From assembly GCA_003990765.1 (NCBI GenBank), contig RBNJ01000104.1, forward strand, positions 1-41,681: 41,681 nucleotides of DNA, given 5' to 3'. Below are positions 37,360-41,681 of this stretch, one piece after another. Below the pieces are notes generated by a model, which did not search any database, was not told the origin of the DNA, and saw only the letters and a list, made by a program, of their open reading frames with translations. The stretch's first letter is position 1. Every line of letters begins with the position of its first letter. A program made the position numbers and the translations under genes. This DNA comes from Jimgerdemannia flammicorona (Eukaryota).

Positions 37360-39140
37360 ACAGTGTCTAATATCCCCAATGTTCCTCTTTCTCTTCTGAA
37401 CTAGAATACCCACTCTACTCTTCTATACTACCACATCTCTCCATTCTCTTATCAAATTTAGTATATTTAATTTCTCATTATATTCTACATTCTATAGCAA
37501 GAACAGTCTATATCCAGTTATCTCAGTCATCAGATACTATACTATCTCCTATAACTCATTGATATTTAGAAAAAAAATATTAGTTATATGATTCATATTG
37601 AATAAAGTTTATAGTAAAATATTCTAATCTATAATTACATACTCACTCTATTACTAGCTATATCTAAGTTCCTCTCAGCCTTAAGTTAAGCTACCTCTTT
37701 CTGCTGAGTATCCAGAACTATTAGTACCTCTAGACAGTCCTCTCTATCCTGGATCTCCATAGATGTTCTGTATTCCTCACACACCATTTACAATTTGGCC
37801 AATCTCTTCTTCACATCCTATAGATAAGCTATCTGCTTATTAGTAATCTCCAACAGTACTGCCACTCTATTCCTATCAACCTTGTACTCCTCTTTCTCCA
37901 GGAGAGCTACCATTAACTCATCTTATAGCTTGTATACTATTTCTTTATCATATAATATCTCCCCAATATACCTCATTGATAATATAGAAATCAACCCCTC
38001 AACTCATTAGCTACAATATTTATCAGTACCTTCTACAGTTACTTCTTACTTTCAACCATCTCTAACCTTAAGCTTCCCCCTCCTACTGCTAGGACTCTAT
38101 ACAGGATTTGAGTCTCTTCTTCCATCACTACATTCTCAGCCAATATACTCTATCTATGATTCCCACTCTCCTCCAGACCTCTCTCTTGTAACATTACTAT
38201 CTCTCTCACCCAGGCACTAGCTCTCAATCTATCTATCTTAGTGGTTTCCACTCTTTGTGCCTCTCCTTCATACTGGCCAACAAATCCTTCTATTGCTATC
38301 TTTCCTATACTCTCTCCCAAGCAGCTCAGTCTATAAACTCTCTTGCTATTGATAATCTCCACTACTGTCTTAGTCTTATATTTCTTCTAAGCCAGCTATC
38401 TCTTCTCTACTACTCCTGCCAAATTCTCTAGTACCTCTAGTAAGTCATTCTATCCCTCAGGTGACTCTTTTCCCCTTGACACCATATACTCCACTGGTCC
38501 CCACTTTGATACTATTAGCTAGTTCCTCTTGTTCTCTATGTTCTCCTTCTCTGATAGCTACATCTAAATATCTATATTACTTATTCAGAACTCTATACCC
38601 TTTCAGATCCAAAACCCAATATTTATAACATCTTTATACTCCTTGACTGTATCAATTATCAGCTTTTTGGTCTCTTTCTTCTTCACTATAGGAATATTGG
38701 TAACTATCAGCTGAATCACTTGAGGGTTCTAGCATAGACACCTTATATAGATACTATTATAACTCTGACTATCACCCTCTTCTTCAGTGCTACTAATATC
38801 AGATCCTCTTCCTCAAACTCCACCTCAACTCCCTCAAATCTCTTCAGAAACTTCACCCAGACTGCCTCTTTCACTTTCTGTACCAGAAGCTCCAGAACCA
38901 GTCTAACTATAACAGCTAAGTATCAGAAGTATAGAGTGAAAATAAATTTGGACACTAATTTCTTAAGTAATAATACTACTATTATTTCTGTTATACTATC
39001 AGGCAGATTCTCAGGCCTCATGCTACCTTTTAATTCAAACTCTCCCTCAACTATTACATCTGGATTTTTTTTCCAGATTAGCAATCACTCTCTTATCAAT
39101 AGTTCTCCCAACTACTATTTCTCTAGTTCTGTTATCATCA
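37360..39140 (-). mobile_element. LINE ORF1 fragment related to the 19959 family
   Basis: Minus strand AVWVKFLKRFEGVEVEFEE (~38810-38870) matches AVSVKFLKRLKGVEVGFKE at ~20610. Confidence 0.75.
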
Positions 39141-39989
39141 ACTCTTTCACCGGTAACATTCGGGTGACACAAGGCTCTGACAACACTTTTCACTACATTT
39201 TTGGTGTACAACAACTAACAACATAGATGGCAACAATCGAACTGGTGAGCATACTGGCCAGGGGAGGTAGTCAGGATCAGCAAGGAGTGGGACTGGGCTG
39301 GTATCTGGTCTTGGAGTGCTTAGGTGTGGCAGTGGCTTCCCCCCAAGTTCTGGGTGGTGTAGTGGCAGATGCTGCAGAGGAATGTCATGCTGAATTTCCG
39401 CACTGGGCATCTGGTGGATGGTGGCTGTTTTGATTGTGAGGAATGTTACAATGTAGAGCATGTTGGGGGTTTGGTGCAGATGCCGGAACATTGGCTAGGG
39501 GAGTGTGAGGTTCTGGGGGACTTTTGGGTTAAAATAGAGAATAGACTGGATATTGAGCGCAGGCCAGCAGATGAACGGGATTGCTGGGAGAACTTGAGAT
39601 CACGGCTGGTGGGGGGGGGTGAGTGATAGTTGGCTCACTGTCAGGTCGGTGTTAGCAGTTTGGGTGGGTCTGACAGGCCATTGGCTATTTGTGTTTGAGG
39701 AGGGGTGGCAGATGAGCCTGCAGGAGAAGGTTGTAAGGTGGGAAGAGCTGTTGAGGGATCTGTTGACTGGATGGTGGATAGGTTGGGGTCCCTCAGGGCG
39801 GCGGCGGCATGGTTTGGTGGCAAGGATATGCAAACAGAGTGATGGGAGGGTGGGAATTGTAGTCGATAGAGTAGTATTTCATTGGGAAGGAGTAGGGGGA
39901 AGGGGCCACCCTAGGGGGATTAGATAAGGGGTTGGTTCATTGTATTTATATAAGATAGATGGATGTAATAAAGGATGAGTCCAAGTGAC

Positions 39990-40034
<45 letters not shown>
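39141..40034 (+). mobile_element. Less-mutated internally deleted LINE: 5' UTR + ORF1 start fused to the ORF2 3' end and poly(A)
   Basis: 39141-39262 aligns with 19960-20082; 39265-39992 aligns with ~35748-36472. AATAAA at 39967, poly(A) 39993-40034. Retains CpGs. Confidence 0.8.
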
Positions 40035-40037
<3 letters not shown>

Positions 40038-40050
40038 AAAATAAAAAAAT

Positions 40051-40330
40051 AAAAATTCAAGAATACTTCAAACTGGGACAACTACTGAATTCACAGCCAG
40101 ATATGGGAAAAGAAGACTGGATTAGAGAGTGCCAGCTTTCCCATGCTCAGATCATGATTGCCAAATAAATCAACAAGTTGTTCAAAGATGACAAGCCAGC
40201 CTTAGCCCACTTTCGAGGAATAGTTCTAGGAGATTTTGGACATATTAAAAGATATCACCGGGAGAACGTAATGATACAAATCACACAGTACAAGGGGATA
40301 CAAATCGTAGAGATATGGGAGTTTGAGTAA
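40051..40330 (+). pseudogene. 3' part of an unknown ORF just upstream of the PPT of the third LTR family
   Basis: KIQEYFKLGQLLNSQPDMGKEDWIRECQLSHAQIMIAK*INKLFKDDKPALAHF...EIWEFE*; one internal stop; not integrase- or chromodomain-like. Confidence 0.5.
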
Positions 40331-40371
40331 ATAGGATATTTCAGGGATGAATCACTTATTCAGGAGGAAGT

Positions 40372-40858
40372 TGTGATGGTTGATCTGAATTAGTAACACA
40401 AATCAGAGGAATAAGACATTTGATCATGGTACCTGAATCCAATTCCCAAATATAGTATAGCCCAGATAGCAGTCATTTCACAAACATTAAAGTTTTCATA
40501 AATGTTAAACTATTCACAGATGTTAAACTCTTCGACAATTGTCAAAGATTTAACAAATATCAAGGATTTAATACTTGTGAAAGAAATGACTCATACATAG
40601 GAAATATAGTCATAACTTAGCCATCTTATAGCTAGCAAAACTTGTATAAATAACCCAGTATCTTAGAGTGAATAAAGCCTCAGATCAAAATAGTTCAAAG
40701 CAAAGAGATAGCAAAGAAACTAGTAAGCCTGTGGGTAGATACACTTTGAACTCACCCACCCCTATAACTCCAAAAGACTCTGCAAGAGTCAGAACAGTCA
40801 AGTATTCAAGATACAGAAGTCCGACTTACTTTCAAGAGTAAGTATCCACTACATTACA
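40372..40858 (+). repeat. 3' LTR of the third family (487 bp)
   Basis: Follows PPT aggaggaag; TGTGATG...CATTACA termini; internal ~20-bp degenerate tandem repeats at ~40475-40570. Confidence 0.8.
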
Positions 40859-41273
40859 CTATCTATAAATATGAATAATCCTTTCAACAATCTAATAAAT
40901 TAAATAAATTTTCTAAGTATATCAGTAGAGTGCATCAGTAACAAAGATAAGATTCTGACTCTGATATGATGCCTTCTCAAGATATATAATATTATAGTGA
41001 TAGCTATATATAAGAGTAAAAAACTTGTAAACTATATCTATATATATATTACAATATCTTATTAATAAAAAGATACATCAATAAAATGGTAGTAATAATA
41101 ATAATAAGAAAGCATTCTACAGATCATATAAATGAGGCAAGAAATACCAATAAGGTCAGAAATAGAAGTTCATCAAGTTTGACAGAAACTGCCATTACTG
41201 TAATAAGTATAGATATATACAAATGACTACTATCATAAAAATAAGGAGAATAATAAAAATAAGTATAGAATAA

Positions 41274-41654
41274 TACCTTTCTTTAGAATTATTTAGATTA
41301 TACAAACTTCTGACAATACTTCAACATAGTCTTTAGAGAGAAGATGATAGCAATATAGTAACAAATGAGTAATCTGAGGAGTATGTCAAACAGAGTAGCC
41401 CTAGTATATTTGACTAGTAGTATATGGAGTAGAGCCATAGCTTAGGGGGAAGTCTATAGAGCTCTCATTCAGGTGAATACTGGGTTAGTAATAGTGAAAA
41501 GCTCAGTGCTAAAAGACAGGAGACTGAGAGAGTGAGCTTTGCTGATAAGGTTAAGGCTGAAGATCAGACAGTGGGCTTAGATGGTTGGCTGTAGAGAGAT
41601 GGAGAGAAGGTGAGGGTTATAGGGCCTGGGGGGACAGCTTAGAGCAGTATTGAT
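41274..41654 (+). mobile_element. 5' end of another LINE copy (5' UTR + ORF1 start)
   Basis: tacctttctttag... aligns with 19959; RVSFADKVK at ~41531 matches ~20206. Confidence 0.75.
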
Positions 41655-41681
41655 AACAGAACGATTTTTTTTTTTTTTTAT
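41655..41681 (-). mobile_element. Probable poly(A) tail of an antisense LINE insertion running off the window
   Basis: ORF1 homology fades just before a T15-AT run, the reverse complement of the ATAAAA.. tails at 36471 and 39991. Confidence 0.45.

Noticed and set aside
40860-41270. CpG-free remnant between LTR and LINE
   Set aside because: Probably TE debris, but no recognisable motif.

Overview
Eukaryotic, almost certainly fungal, repeat-dense window; an early-diverging lineage is inferred from L1/Tx1-type LINEs, chromoviruses, short GT-AG introns and a fungal-type U6. Most of it is nested transposon debris that is nearly CpG-free and riddled with C>T/G>A transitions. The debris includes: a full-length but dead dUTPase-carrying Ty3/gypsy chromovirus (23651-34301, ~2 kb LTRs, ATCTG TSD) inserted in an L1/Tx1-like LINE; an internally deleted sibling (322-3667); a second dUTPase chromovirus family on the minus strand (3668-11289); a third LTR family; several LINE pieces; and a young CpG-rich DNA-transposon end. 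Two GC/CpG-rich islands hold intact two-exon paralogous genes with an internal F-box-like motif. Signals the ORF track misses: a ~335-codon ORF inside the LTRs, replaced by a different cassette in the sibling LTR; a U6 snRNA retrocopy with a 17-bp TSD in a polypurine tract; a frameshifted pectate lyase exon; a bipartite (5' end + 3' end) mini-LINE; a solo poly(A) insertion with TSD; and a ~180-bp palindrome. Domain boundaries in degraded elements are approximate and were read by eye.
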